This document shows, in pieces, positions 1 to 14,228 of a stretch of 64,000 nucleotides of DNA. The notes beneath the pieces were generated by a model that did no database searches, was not told where the DNA came from, and worked only from the letters and a program-made list of their open reading frames with translations. Position 1 is the stretch's first letter, and every line of letters starts with the position of its first letter. This DNA comes from Leucoraja ocellata (Eukaryota). Both the position numbers and the translations under genes were made by a program. The DNA is taken from positions 7,316,001-7,380,000 of the forward strand of contig JAWMAR010000034.1 in NCBI GenBank assembly GCA_036785375.1, in the 5' to 3' direction.

Positions 1-2491
1 GTCATATATCCCGAAGCGGACCAATGAAATTCTTAGTTGCAGCAGCACAACAGATATGTAAACATAGTACTCTGTTAAACACCATAAAAACAACTAAAGT
101 TCAGTGTATTTAAAAAAAAAAAAAAAAGTAAGTGCCATCTATTCACCTGTTCAAATTGAGTAATATTGTGATATGACAGAAATGGCGCAAATACAAAGTG
201 GGCACATTCATGCAGTAGTGACGATCTAGAATTGTGGATTTACTCTCGTGAAGAGTATTAGTTTGTATGGGAAGTAGCATTCAGTGCTACGCTGATCAAG
301 CATAGTTGGGCAGAGAGGACACAATTTAATCAGAAAACAAACAAAGTAAGAATGAGAATGATTCTTCACCAAAGATTATGTGGGGAAAGAACATTTACAC
401 AGATGGTATATTGAAGAACTGAACCGATTGACAGGGAATGGGGAAAGAATAAGAAATACGCTTTTTGGATCGTGATATCAAGGTTCCAACTGGGTGCAAT
501 TCACACTTTTCATCTCACAATCTTTCAGCATTGTGGCCTAGAAATTCTTTTATAGTGTTTACCATTCATGTGCAAAACACTATTGAATTAATCAAAAATA
601 TAATAATTAAATTTAATTGGATGCTAAATGTGCCAGTAGCATACTTTCTTAAATTAGATGTACATTAGCTATGCACCCGTCATGGAAATGCCTGCAAACT
701 GCTTGCCATGTTCAGTGGAGTCGTATACACTGTAAACCCCAAATTGTGCAAGATTATGTGCAGATAAGGCCTGTGAATATGCCTGACCGTTTGGCACAAT
801 GTAACCCAGTCCGCCACGACCTTGTACATCCCAATTCTTGGGCATTTCATTACAATAACATTTTTCAACTTAAATATGTCAATTAACATTTAATCAAACA
901 AAATTAGTTATAGTAATATTACTAAGAGTATTGAGAACTATCACTTTAAGAGCGCCTATAAGATGGGGGAATTATGTTTCACACTTGACTGTGCTTTTTG
1001 CATGGTTTCCGTGATACTTATGCCCATGGCGTCTTGCATTTTTGCGTGCAGGGAGATTATTCCCTGAAGCTGGCATGAGTTCTTTGTGCAGCATAGGTTT
1101 GCCATGTTTTTGAAGTGATTAAAAGTTTCTAGGCATTTGTTTTCTGCCACATGCTCCCAAATATATTTGTTTTTCTCAAAATCTGTTGCATAACCGGAAA
1201 GATTTGTTTTTAACTTGGAGCCAAACCACTGTTCATCTTCTGTCATGATAAATTAAAGTTAGCAAAATAAGCCAAAGGAATATTATGTCTCAGAAATTAT
1301 CTTTATGAATTCTGTATTGGCAGTTTTAAGTAATAATTCTATTGAAAGTGACTGATAAAATTCATACTTTCACTGCCTATTACACTGACTATTACACATT
1401 GACGGCAGGTATCCACTGATGTGTTAACTTTAGCAAACTGAATCTACAGTAATCTGGATCAGTTTAATCTTTGGTACTTGCCATCATGGTATACTGGATG
1501 ACTTGGAGTATGTTTTTAACTTTGTTTCCATCTTACTTGAAATGAAGGAACTTTCCTGAATTATAAATCTTCTGTTTATTTCCTGGCATGTTTCGCTTAA
1601 AAGACCAAGCGATTTTATTTTTCATGGAAAATGTTGCCTATAAATCCAGATGCATTTAAAATTCAAACTGGTGTATTAGTCTCAGGAGATTATGAGATAT
1701 GTTCCTACCTATATGTCTCCAGTTATGAGTAATTATGTTCATTGGAGCAAGTAAAAGGAAACTTGCTAACATCCCTTCTGTTCTAAAAGGAGTTGCAGTG
1801 TACAAATAATTTTATTTTCCACAAACCCTGAAGCATTCCATAACTGCTGCTATAGTGCCTATAAATCAGATTTTTGTATTTCCCTTTCTCTTTTGTTCAT
1901 GCTTAGATCTGTCTGGTGACAAAATGTCATTTTCTTTCTGTTCAAATTCTTTCTTTCTCCTGAAAGTTAAAATGTTTATGCTTTGGTGATATCAGCAAAA
2001 TACCTTTAAAATATGATGTTTTCAGACAATAAAGCATCACAGATTTATAGAAAATGGTTGTCTAACTATTTGTTAGCATTTGTGTTGAATCCTCAAATTG
2101 CCTAAGAATATATTAGTTTTAATAAAAATAAATATTTTAAGTAAGTTTGTTTTTAAACCTGAACTAGGTTCCTGGATAAACTATCCAATTTACTTACAAT
2201 AATTTTCAGAAATTGTTTTTTAGGTTTTGATTCTTGAACTTGACTCATTATCAGAAAAGATCAGAATGAATTCCCTGGATGAGACGAAAATCAAAGTTAA
2301 GATTTCAGGTGCAAAACCTTTATTGAAGGGTTTTCGACCTGAAACATTAACTGTTAACTGTTAAATATTAGTATTAATAGATTTCCAACATCTCTAGTTT
2401 TGTTGATTTCCATTTAGAATTTGGAAGAGATTATGTAGTTAATGATCCTCTTGGGAATCGTGAGCAGAGCATGTGAGAATTCTAGTTAAAA

Positions 2492-2680
2492 GCAGCACAG
2501 TGTCACAGCTAATAGAACCACTGCCTCTCAGCTGCAGAGACCCGTCTTCAATCCAAACCTCAGATGCTGTTTGCATGGAGTTTGTACATTCTCCCTGTGA
2601 TGCTGTAGGTTTCCTCTGGGTGTTGGGTTTACTCCCACATCCCAAAGGCATATGGGTCGTTAGGTTAATTGTCCACTATA
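2492..2680 (+). mobile_element. Degenerate tRNA-derived V-SINE (HE1-like)
   Basis: gcagcacagtg head plus tggagtttgtacattctccctgtg..ggtttcctctgggtg..cccacatcccaaag V-domain, similar to 27888-28188. Confidence 0.7.
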
Positions 2681-2789
2681 AATTGAGTTGTTGCAAGTGG
2701 ACTGCGAAAATAGGCCAAAGCAAGGTGAGTAATGGCAGATATTTAAGCAGCTATTGCATAATGCTCAGCAGAAAATTTCTCAAACAGAA

Positions 2790-3380
2790 GAGGAACCCAG
2801 TGAGAAAGATGTGTGATTAACAAAGGAGGTCAAAGAAAATATTAAATCAAAACTCGAGCATATGACCAATCAAATCTAGTAGTTGACCAGAGAACCAGCA
2901 GCAAAAGATTAAAAAGTTAATGAGGAAAGAGAAATTTGATTTCAAGAGTAAATTGACATTTTAGGTACAAAAACACCAAGAAAACTATAGATGTATAAAA
3001 AGGAATTGGATAGCTAAGATAGGTGTGGGACCCCTGGGGACTGAGACTGGGGAATTAATAATGCAAAACATTAAAACCAATGTAATCAATAATTTAAACC
3101 AGCACATTAAATCAATCTTCACAATGGAGGACTCTACAAATATCCCAAGGAAAACAGATGGACTATTTTCAAATAGGAAGCAAGAACTCGTAACAATCTG
3201 TCAGAGAGAACCAAATATTGGAGATAATACTGGACGTAAAGGCAGACAGATTGCCATGCATTCAAGGGTGTTAAAGGAAGTAAATGCAGAAATAATAGAG
3301 CTGTCGGTTGAAGATCTTCAAAACTCAAAGTTTCAGGAAGGTGCCAGTAGATTAACAAACAGCGAATGTGATACCCTTGT
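2790..3380 (+). mobile_element. Decayed CR1-type LINE ORF2 fragment
   Basis: Peptide VGPLGTETGELIM..LNQHIKSIFTMED..MHSRVLKEV is typical of CR1 ORF2 upstream of the RT domain. Confidence 0.65.
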
Positions 3381-3411
3381 TCAAGAAGGTAGGGAGACAA
3401 CATGATTTAAA

Positions 3412-4090
3412 CCGAAGATAGACACAAAAAGCTGGAGTACTTCAGCGGGACAGGCAGCATCTCTGGAAAGAAGGAATGGGTGATGTTTCGGGTCGAGCCC
3501 CTTCTTCAGACTGGTTAGGGATAAGGGAAACGAGAGATATAGACGGTGATGTGGAGAGATAACAAGATGTGGACTCTTATACATCGGCGAGACCAAACGC
3601 AGACTGGGCGATTGTTTCGCGGAACACCTTTGCTCACCCCTCGTGAACCAACCTGATCTCCCGGTTGTTGGACACTTTAATTCTCCTTCCAATTCCTACA
3701 TTGACCTTTCTGTCCTCGGTCTCCTCCATTGTCAGTGAGGCTAAACGCAAATTGGAGGAACAGCAGCTTACAACCCAGTGGTATGAATATGAATTCTCTC
3801 ACTTCGGGTAGCCCCGGCATTCCCTTTCTCTCCATCCCTCCCCCACCCAAATCGCACTAGCTTCCCATTTTCACCCTACAAACAGCTTACAATGGCCTAT
3901 TTTTTTTATCATCATTACTTTTTTGCATATCTTTCATTCATTGTTCTTTATCTCTCCACATCACTGACTATATCTCTCGCTTCCCTTATCCCTAACCAGT
4001 CTGAAACGTCTCGACCCGAAACGCCACCCATTCCTTCTCTCCAGAGATGCTGCCTGTTCCGTTGAATTACTCCAGCTTTTTGTGTCTATC
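3412..4090 (+). mobile_element. Penelope-like element, 5'-truncated, with GIY-YIG endonuclease remnant and an inverted terminal repeat
   Basis: From 3565 reads RCGLLYIGETKRRLGDCFAEHL..PVVGHFNSPS..DLSVLGLLHCQ. 3412-3560 is the reverse complement of the 3' end at about 3945-4090. Confidence 0.85.
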
Positions 4091-4109
4091 TATGATAAAC
4101 GTGATATCC

Positions 4110-4910
4110 TCTGCCATTTCTGACAGATCCAATGTGATCCCACCACCTGTTGCACTCTCCCCCTCACCTTTCTGCAGGGAACTATCTCCATGATCATAGT
4201 TCGCTCATCTCTCCCCATCCACCCCTACCCTCCCACAGTACTTACCCTTGAAATCCATTGGAGTGCAACAGCTATACCTTCACCTCCTCCCTTGCCATCA
4301 TTCAGGACCTAAACAGTCTTTCCTGTACCTCTTCCAACCTGGTCTACTGCATTCACACTGCACTCAATGTGGCCGACTCTGCTTTGGTGAAACCAAGCAT
4401 AGCCAAGATGACCATTTTGTGGAGTACTGCACTGTCTTCAAACTCCATCTTCAGCTTCTGGTTGGCTTGCATTTTAACACTTCTCCGTTGCTACAGAGAG
4501 TCCAAACTCAAATCGGAAAAACAACATCTTTCCATTGGATAGCTTACAACCCAATGGCTTGAACATCGAATTTTCCAATTCCAGGTAGCACACACCCCAG
4601 TGTTCATCCTCTTAATACATACTCACCTAGTGTTTTTTTTCTCCCTTTGCATTCTTCTTCCATTCTCCTTGAGACTCTTGAAAGGCACCCATAAATAAAA
4701 TGTATTATTATTATTTATTATTATTCTCCCCTTCATACCCACCTCATCTGGATCCATCAATAACCTACCAGCCTGTACCCACCCTCTTCTCGTGCAAGCA
4801 ATCTTTAGTCTTAGCACCTTTTGCCTCCACAGATTTTGCTTGAGCTGCTCAGTTCTTCCAGCACTGTGTTTGTTGTTCCAGATACCAGCATCTGCCATTT
4901 CTTTTGTCTT
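4110..4910 (+). mobile_element. Older Penelope-like element remnant (GIY-YIG)
   Basis: TSSNLVYCIH/CTQCGRLCFGETK and ..NGLNIEFSNSR fragments; terminal agcatctgc segment at about 4830-4910. Confidence 0.7.
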
Positions 4911-5432
4911 TATTTATTTCCTCTTCATCCATGTGCAAGACTCATTAAAAAAATTAAAATTTTTGCAAAACTCTGAGTGAATATTCATGTGTTACATTTG
5001 TAGGCCTACATTCCTGAACCGCCAAAGCTTTGTAATTTTGAAATCATAGAAGTTATTTATTTAAATCCAAGTTGTTTGGTTCTCATTATTTGTAATCATG
5101 AAATTTGCAATGAAGACTGCAGAGTTTTTCTATTAACAAGTCATTACTCTGCATGAATAAACATTGGGCCAGTTGGTATTACATAATCGAAAAATTAAAC
5201 CATTTATTTAGGGAAATGGACTCAGGAATGTAAACATAATTAATTACAGTTCTCAACTGCTCAACTTTTGTGCTTACTGTCAGTGCTTCCTGACTTGAGT
5301 GCACCCATTTCAATGGATTCATTTTGATCACTTCATTTTTTGTGACTTAAATCATGTATTTTTGAAATGTGAAAGTGTGTACCCAAAGTGGACTACAACA
5401 AGAATGAAAAATGTTTTTTTTTTAAACAATTA

Positions 5433-5800
5433 CATAGAACATAGAACAAACAGTACAGCACAGCCCACAATGCCTGTACCGAACATGATGCCAAGTTAGA
5501 CTGTTCTCATCTTCCTGTACATGATCCATATCCCTCTATTCCCTGCATTTCCATGTGCCTATCTAAAAGCCTCTTAAATGTCACTATAGTATTTGCCTCT
5601 ACCATCACATTTGGCAATGTGTTCCAGGTCCCTACTACTCTGTGTAAAAACACTTGCCCTGCACATCTCCATTAAACTTTCCTCGTCTTGCATTATAGCT
5701 ATGCCCTCTTGTGTTGGACATTTCCACCCTGGGGGAAAAAGGTTCTGACTGTCTGCCCCATCTATGCCTTTCATCATTTTATTTACTTCTGACAAATCTC
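5433..5800 (-). mobile_element. CR1-type LINE 3' end
   Basis: catagaacatagaa tail; minus-strand peptide MRGDLSEVNKMMKGID. Confidence 0.75.
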
Positions 5801-6436
5801 CCCTCATTTTGTTGTGGGAGAAACGGTTGCAGGCTTTTTTTGGGTCAATTTCCTTTACAAAATAATGTACCACATTTATTGCTAGATGTCAGATGAACAT
5901 TACACAGATTTTTTTCTGCTTAAACTACTTTGTGTCATGAATTTTACTTTCATGATTACAGAAGCATAATATTCCTGAAGGTCAAAGTACCATCTGTGAA
6001 GAGAGAATAAGAGTTAATATTTCAAATGTCTGATCTTTCATCAGCTATGATTGTCTCTATTCACAGATGCTATCAAATATTTCCTACATGTGTTACAGTT
6101 TCTGGGAGTAGGACTTTAAAGCTAGAAATGCAAATAATAAATAGATGTATCCTTTGAAATTGCAATTCATGTGAAATAATTAAAATAAGCATTTTTAATT
6201 TATATTAAATATCTAATATATATGTTAATATTTTTGCAAAAATGTTTCTGTAAATGGATAGCCATAGTAAAATTGGAAAAAAGAATTAGACAAAACTCCA
6301 AAACATTCACTCATTTATTATGTGACAAATTATTAGATTTATAACATTTCTGTTGGGAAACGAACATAAAAAGATGTTTATTGATTAGCTTTTGACAATA
6401 GGCTAATTAAAGGGGTTAAAATACAGTGTGATTGTT

Positions 6437-6569
6437 NNNNNNNNNNNNNNNNNNNNNNNNNNNNNNNNNNNNNNNNNNNNNNNNNNNNNNNNNNNNNNNN
6501 NNNNNNNNNNNNNNNNNNNNNNNNNNNNNNNNNNNNNNNNNNNNNNNNNNNNNNNNNNNNNNNNNNNNN
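6437..6569. other. Assembly gap (133 N)
   Basis: Run of n. Confidence 1.
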
Positions 6570-8785
6570 GACATGCTTTACCTAAAGTAATTAACTTTTT
6601 GTAAATGTTGACCTTTGTTAGAAGACAATTGTTTAATGTAAATGATTAGTGCGGTGAACACAGGAAATCAATGGAAGGAAAAGAGCGGAAGATAACGTAA
6701 GTTCTGGAGACCAAATTGATGTTTGGTTTGATTATCATGTGAAGAGTCCACAGATTGAGTAACTGGCAGAATAGCTTTTAACTATATATGCATCGATTTT
6801 GCCAATAACAATACATCTTAAGTGAACTGGCATAAATACAATGCAAAGATAGTCTCGTTGACAGAAAATTTCTGTCTACGATTTAGAGAAATTTAGCAAA
6901 TTAACTGAAAATATATAAATAATTGACGTAGCAAAGGAACATTTTGTATTGTAATTTTGTCCTATTATTAGGTGAGGGGGGGGAGGCATCTAATGGGACT
7001 TTGTAATTGTTATTATCTAGGTTGAATGCTTTGAAAATCTTCTTTGCGCTGAGTAGTTTTAATATAGTGAAATTGGTGGAAAGTTTATGTTAGTTGACGT
7101 TTGCAAATTTTGCATTTGTAAAGGTATTGAAGTAATAGGACTGATGAAATTATGAATGGTATCTGACTAAGAGTGGACACCGAGTTTGTGCTCTAGTGCT
7201 ACCTCCCCAGGGCAGCGCTATATCATTCTCTATAGTGCATTGGTAGACACCTTGGTGAAGTGCCATGATGCCCACAAGTATTGGTGCCATAACGGAAGTG
7301 ATCTGAGATAGTGTGGCAGAAATCTGATCTTCCACTGCTGTCTTTAGGTATTCGATGGCTTCAACTTGTGATGAAGTTAGTGGAGACATCAGGCATCAAG
7401 TGATGTATAACGATAATTGGTTGGCATGCATTGTAATAGTGCTGGTTACTGCTTCCATGTTGGAAAAGATTGGTTGTCATTACACACATTCCTGAGTGAT
7501 GTTGGAGCTATACTCCCCTTGCTCCTTGTTAGGAGGTTTTTAATGTGGAAGAGAATAGAAAGGCTGGATCTGTTTTCCCTGGTGCTGAGAAGATTAAGAG
7601 GGGACATGATTGTGGTAATTTTATAAAGTGATTATGAGGAATATTGATAGGGTAGACTGCAGGAAACTATTCCCATTATCAGAGGTATACCAAGGTTCAC
7701 CAGAACACATGGACAATTAATATTGCAATTCCACATTATCAGATCTCTTCTGCGATTGTAAACTGCTTTCAGAATTGCTGAATATCAACCCGTCTACTCT
7801 TGGGTTTTCTGACCTTCCTCTTCGCCACACCTTGGGCTTTCCATTTGTCCACACAATCCCAGACCCGATGCTAGACTGTTTCTGCAGCAGTTTTTGCAGA
7901 ACAAGCCATTTGTACCGCTGAATTGGTGCAATGAATTGCAGGGATTTGCATTCATGGACTTTTCCACAAAACCAGTACAATGAGATCATATGAATTTAAT
8001 TTAAATGTATTACTACAAAGACTGTACCATTTTATGATCACAATTGTTTTCATCTTTGGCGTCTAGATTAACCAAATGTTCTTGAGCCGTTTTCGATTAA
8101 TTGCTGTAGATGTTATTTTCTTTACATCTGTAGTATGATTATTTAAGGAGAATGAGGGAAATACATACAGTTAATTGTGTGGACAGGGTTCCTACAAAGA
8201 TGCTGCCTGATCATATGATTTCCTCCAGCAGTTTGTTTTTTGTTCAGGATTCCAGCATCTGCAGTCACTTGCATCTCGAGTGTGCATTATCTGTGTTGGT
8301 GAGCCAGATGGAGGTCAAAAATGGCATCATTTCATTTTAATTTTGTTTCCCTTGGCAACTTGCGTTAGAACTGATTGTCTTGGGAATTGAAGGAACACAT
8401 TTGATTTTATCACATTTGTATTCCAGTGTGCTGCTGATAATATTTAATTTTTATGCAGGCTGTGCATTGTAGCCCTCAAAGGATTTGTGTGGGCTGTTCA
8501 TTTAATGATCTTGAAACATTAAGGCTGTTAGCTGTAAGAGCTCACATGTCACACATGTGTTTGGTGTACAGTGCAAATTCAATTGGAAAATTCTGCTAAA
8601 TGATCACAGATGAGACCGATTTGTCAGCTTGCTAAAATGCAAGAGGAACAATTTGTGTCAGTTTAATTATCAGTCAAGTGTGAAAATGAATTGAGGAACA
8701 TTGCAGCCCACCTCCCTGTTACTGCTCTCGGGTTACGGAAATCCACCCTTATGGAATTCTCAAATCACTACTCAAAAATGTGAAA

Positions 8786-9052
8786 TCTATCATTAACTAA
8801 AACTCACTCTGTGGGTGTGTGTGGGTGTGTGAAAATCTGGTTAGTGTTCCTATTTTCTTCCAAACACTAGGCCACAGCCTTCCCATTTTCAACCATCCTA
8901 ATGCCATTTTTCCCCATGACGCGATAAACACCTTCCCTTCGCATTCCAACCTCTATTTCCGAAGTTTTTTGGTTTAATCGTTTAAAGTTTTTAAAACACC
9001 AAACACCCCACCGCGTTGGGGGACTGGACCCAACGCGTCCCACTTGGTCTAG
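8786..9052 (+). mobile_element. Probable non-autonomous Helitron
   Basis: Starts A|TC (8785/8786) and ends CTAG|T (9052/9053); subterminal hairpin ggacccaacgcgtcc about 8 nt before CTAG; no TSD. Confidence 0.55.
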
Positions 9053-11969
9053 TAGATTAAAAAATTCACACTTATAAAATTTATGTGGGAAAAAAATAAA
9101 CAGAAAAGAGAAAGGAAACAGTAAATGTTGTCAACTTTATTTTTAGTACCGCATGCTAATAAGATTTAACCTCACTGTATCAATTGGGTTAACAGTCTCA
9201 GCCACGTCCCTCTATTGTCTTGTCCTCTCCAGACTGAGAACAGGAATCTCAGAGCTCAGCACTACCACGCTCTTCATCTACAAGGCCTTCTCTCTGATGT
9301 GCTGCATTGTGCGGAGCTGCAATAGTCATGGCCAGCTCCTTAAAATAATCCCCTGGCATTTACTTCACTTCCACTAAATCACTGCACTTTAACCCATAAT
9401 TCCCCCTCCCTGAACTTCTACACCATCTCACACCCATGATACCTGACCTTCGATTCCAATTCCTTTCCGTCATTACCAAACTCCTTTCCTATTCCATGTA
9501 TGTCAGCGAAAATGCCTTGCATATTCAAGAGCACGACACTGCTGCACTCTGAGATATTTGTTCACATGTCCTTGGATTGGAATGGAGGTAGCTGTTTTGT
9601 TGCCAACCCAATCAATGAGGTGGCGTTATACTAATCTTATTGCCCCACTATATTAAGTGACTAAAAATGTAAAAAATGCCAAACTTTGTTTCTTTTGAAT
9701 GAACCATTTCCCCATAGCATAATGTGGGCCTCAACTGTTAAATACCAATTGTGGTACACTTCATCATCACCAATAAAATGGCTTAACATGAGAGAAAAAT
9801 GTCCCATAGGAACACGGCTTGTAACATGGGATTCAAGGGGAAAAGGGGAAAATTATAGAAAGTCGCGATACAGAGGTTTTCTAGAAATGCAACTCTTCTG
9901 TAACGGGGAGTGGTTAGGGGGGGAGCTTGTTGGGAGCTTGAAACAAATTTTCCCAGACCTTAACTTTAAGACATTGCTAGCATTATGGCAATGCAATATG
10001 CCCACCACATTGAATTTATTGCAAGAAAATTGAAATGCCTTTGAAGTGAAGTAGTCGCTGCAAAAATGTGGGATCCTGGTGAAACAACACCAGAAAGAGA
10101 ATCCCTTAGAGGGGTTGCAACAAAGATTATTCATGAGAAAATGCTCCTATTGAATAAAAAAACCTCGATTATCTCAGGAGTTCAGAGGAATGAGGTGATC
10201 CAAATGAAAAACATAATATTCCCCAAATGCTTTATCAGGCAGATACTGACAGCACCGTTTAACCTGGTTGTAGAATTAAAATAGTCCCAGGATAAGGAAC
10301 CGATCAGTTAGAAAAGAAATGTGAAGACACCTCTTCACAAAATGTTCTGCCCCAGATGGTTATGGATGCTGAGTTGATGATTATATTTAAGACTGCGATT
10401 AAGAAATCTCTGTGCACTTATAGAATATTGGGAAAAATGCATTAATAAAGTTCAGCTACAAACTCGTTGGATGGCAGCACGTAGTTGCCTTTGGCCTCAA
10501 ATGAGTGAAGGGGAACGAGTTGTGTAAGGTATAATATAAAGACGCGTGTTTAATTACTATAAAACGACAGTGCACGTAAAGTAGGTTGATGCACACGCAT
10601 TCTTTTCCTTTAAGAAGTTATAAGATGATGGTCATTTAAAATAGGTGTGTGGGAATTTCTATTCGCAGAGGATAGTGAATCTCTGAAATGTTCTACTCCA
10701 GTGAAATGTGGTGGTAAGATTATTGAAAGTATTTAAAGAGGAGATGGATGTTTTTGTAAAAGATGAGGGAATTGTGGTCTATGGGTAACTGGCAGTAAAG
10801 GAGTTGCGATCTGGGGCCAATCACCATGATCGGATTGAAGAGTTCGACAGACTTGAGGGGCCTATTGCATATCCTGCTCCTTTGTTCTTTGATCTCAATT
10901 TTCCTTGTAGAGATGAACATATTTCCTCCAGTGTCTATTTCTTTGCATAATTTCATTTAAAAAGGAAATTCAGTATACAAAACAAAGTTGTCTTATATGC
11001 AGGTTTGAATGCATTTTACATGACTGTAGAATACAACAGTTGATATTCAGTTTGCAGCATTTGATATTGTGTGGTCAGGTAAATCTATCTCCTTTATTGC
11101 AGTTAGTTGATTATCAATGGTGCACACTACAGGATAACAAAGTGCAAAGTATACAGAGAATGTAGAAACTGGGTAGCAACTGAAAAATGGTTTACTTGGA
11201 CACCTACAGCTCTTTTGGCAAAATCAATACATTGATCAGCTCGCTATTAACTCTGTGGCTGTCAAGAGAAAGAGCCTGTATTGTTGTGTAGTTGAAGTTT
11301 ATGTAATATGACCAATTCTAGTAAAATTCCCCCCACATTGAAAACTCTGGACATAATTGATGTAATATTTATTTTTGGTGTTCAGTTGAAATGAACCACT
11401 CATGGAATATTATTTCATATCTAGGATGTTTAACATATTTGCAGAGAATTTAAATATATTTATCCAGAATTTCCATTGCTGGAAGGAAAAATGAAATACC
11501 TCTGTAATAATTAATTAGATTTCATGCTCCTGGAATGCTTTTGAGAATATTACATTTCCAAAAAAAAATAATTATTTTTAACTGGTTCCTTGATTTTTAT
11601 TTTATGCCTTAAAAATCTAACTACTCACTCCCTGTGTTTCCAAACCCTGGTATTTTTTTACATTTCCAATTTTCAGGAATTTCTAATAAAATAATCCTTT
11701 GGTGTTACATATGATGTCTTTAATTTTTATTTGATAATGTGACTTTTAAATTGTGCATTTTTCATATTTTTAGGTTCGTATTTCTTTACAATAACCGAAA
11801 GCCATTCAGCCTATCAAGTCTATTTCAGCTCACAGGGTAATCCTATTCCGCACTTCCGTCCCAGTAACTTTGATTGTCTCAAACATCTATACTGTATCAA
11901 ATACTGACCATTTCCTGACACTTGATTTCCCCCTACCATTCACCTGGAGCTGGGGTGAATTATAATAGC

Positions 11970-12100
11970 TAATCGACCTACCTCCAACACTTGTTTGGGA
12001 TGTGGGAGTTTCCAGGGGAATCCACTTGGTCAAATGGAGAACGTGCAAACTCCACACAAATGGCACAGGAGGTCAGGATTGAAGCTGGTCACTGGAGCTC
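11970..12100 (-). mobile_element. V-SINE (HE1-like) fragment
   Basis: ggagaacgtgcaaactccacaca..gaggtcaggattgaa is the reverse complement of the SINE head and V-domain. Confidence 0.65.
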
Positions 12101-14228
12101 TGATGTAGTTCTTCATTCATTTGGCAAAACAGTGAGTTCAGTTAGTAAAGAGGAGAATGAAATTCAAAGTTAAACTCCTTTATTCTTAAAATTGGTTTGT
12201 AGTTGAAGCAATATTATGCAGAGATCATTGAACTTTAACCCACTCAATGCACTTCAGAAGCATAATATCTACTGTTAATTTTTCATGCCACTTTTCATTT
12301 CACTGCACATCTCGTATGTGTATGTGACGAATAAACTTGACTTGACTTAATTAACAATATTGTGAATAAACTGCTGTTCAATCACTTTTTTGGCGCCTAA
12401 TAGAATAGCCATGATGTTGCTGGAGTAAATTAGGGAGAAAACATAGTAGTACCTAACACAGGTAGTAAAAGGTGCCTTTGCATATGAAGGTATATTATTA
12501 TTGGAAATATTATTATTGTTCTCCTAATTTAGTTGCTCTGTTATAGAAACCAAAAGTTAATGCATTTGACTGAAGTATTGACTGAAAATACCTGATTTTG
12601 CCCAATAACAATAATAACACACTGAACTGAATCAAAGTTGAAAATCAACAATTTTCATATCTTGCTTTTAATTTAATTGATGTTTTGACCCTGTGATATT
12701 GTTTTGTTCCTTTTTTTTAATTTAAAGTGAAATTTTAAAGAGAATCCCTTGTAATGAGTGTTATGAGCTGTCCTGTGTTGCCATGGTTTGTTGGAAGAAA
12801 AGTGCACATTTTCATAATTTCAGGATGCCTATTGAAACATATTCTGCAACAAAGTAGTGTAACGGTTATGTGTTGAGATACAGTTTATGTTGCAAATTGC
12901 AATCATAATTTGTACCGGAAAGGAGGAAGCAGGAGAGGGTAAACAGAGAAAATGAAAGATTAAGAAAATAATTTGAAGAATCATACTTAATAGATGGATG
13001 AGAATGGATTAAATAAGGGGGAGTAGAATTTTGACAAGTTTTACTTTCGTATTTGATTTCTATAAAGTACACAGAGGCTTGATTATCACCTCTCTCCCTC
13101 AGTTCACCATTTTCAGTCACCACTACTCCATCTTTCCCAATTTCTAATGATGGACATCTTTGTTGATGTATTACTGCCAGTTAATACTTAAATACAACAT
13201 TATGAAATGGTTTAAGTATTCAAACCACATACTGCTGTGTGTGTTAAATTATAATGACAGACCTAGTAATTACTGACATGGAAAATAAAATATGTCTGAT
13301 TAATTTTCCTTTTTCCTTTCACTAAAATGAATAAAGAGACCAATTTAAGTTGAAATATGAGTTTTGAATTATCGTTTGAGGTTGCTTAATTAATAGAATG
13401 GATATAAAGTAAGAATACAGTGTTGCATTGTGGCCACCCTTTGGATTTGCCATATACCCTGAAACCATCTTTTGTTTCATGAGAACTGTGCATGATTTCA
13501 GTGCCTGAAACTATATTTGAGTGTACCAGAGCATGAATCTGCAACTGTTTAACATTACTTAATAAGATACAGCTTACAAGTGACTGTTAAGCATATAAGC
13601 ATATCATAAAAGAAGAGACCTCAGATTAAGTAAATATCACAGAATAGTTACAGCACATAAAGCTATTTTGTTTATCAGGACCGCATCAATTCTATGCAAG
13701 AAAAATCCAGCTAGTCTCAGTGCTGTGCCTTCTCCCCGTAACTCAGCAACTTTTGAGTAGTTTTCCATTTCTCTTTCAAAAGCCGTCATTGAATCTGCCT
13801 CAACTACCCCTCCTGGTGTACATTTCAGATTCTATCCACTTGTTGCATTATGTTCTTCATGTTGCTTTTGCCAAACACCTTCATTTATTGTCCTCGACAC
13901 TTCTGATGATGTTTCAATAAGAACTACGCATCTTCTCCACTTCAAACTGAAAATCGGGAAAAATGAAATACGAGTTGAATTCCAGGCTTTTCATTATCAC
14001 TGAATAAATCACTGCCTCAATGGTCCTTTGAAATTAGGTTTATTTTGGATTGGTGGTAGAACAATACGTGTACTGTAATTATCGAGCTCAATGTAGTTGA
14101 AATGTCACCAAGTGCTTAACACTTTTGTAATCCACTGCTGTTGATATTGTCTTTTTTGGACTTTTCTGTGTGGGACTCTTTCAGATGATCTCAGGTTTGA
14201 TTCCTGATGATAAATTTCTGGTTTATAC

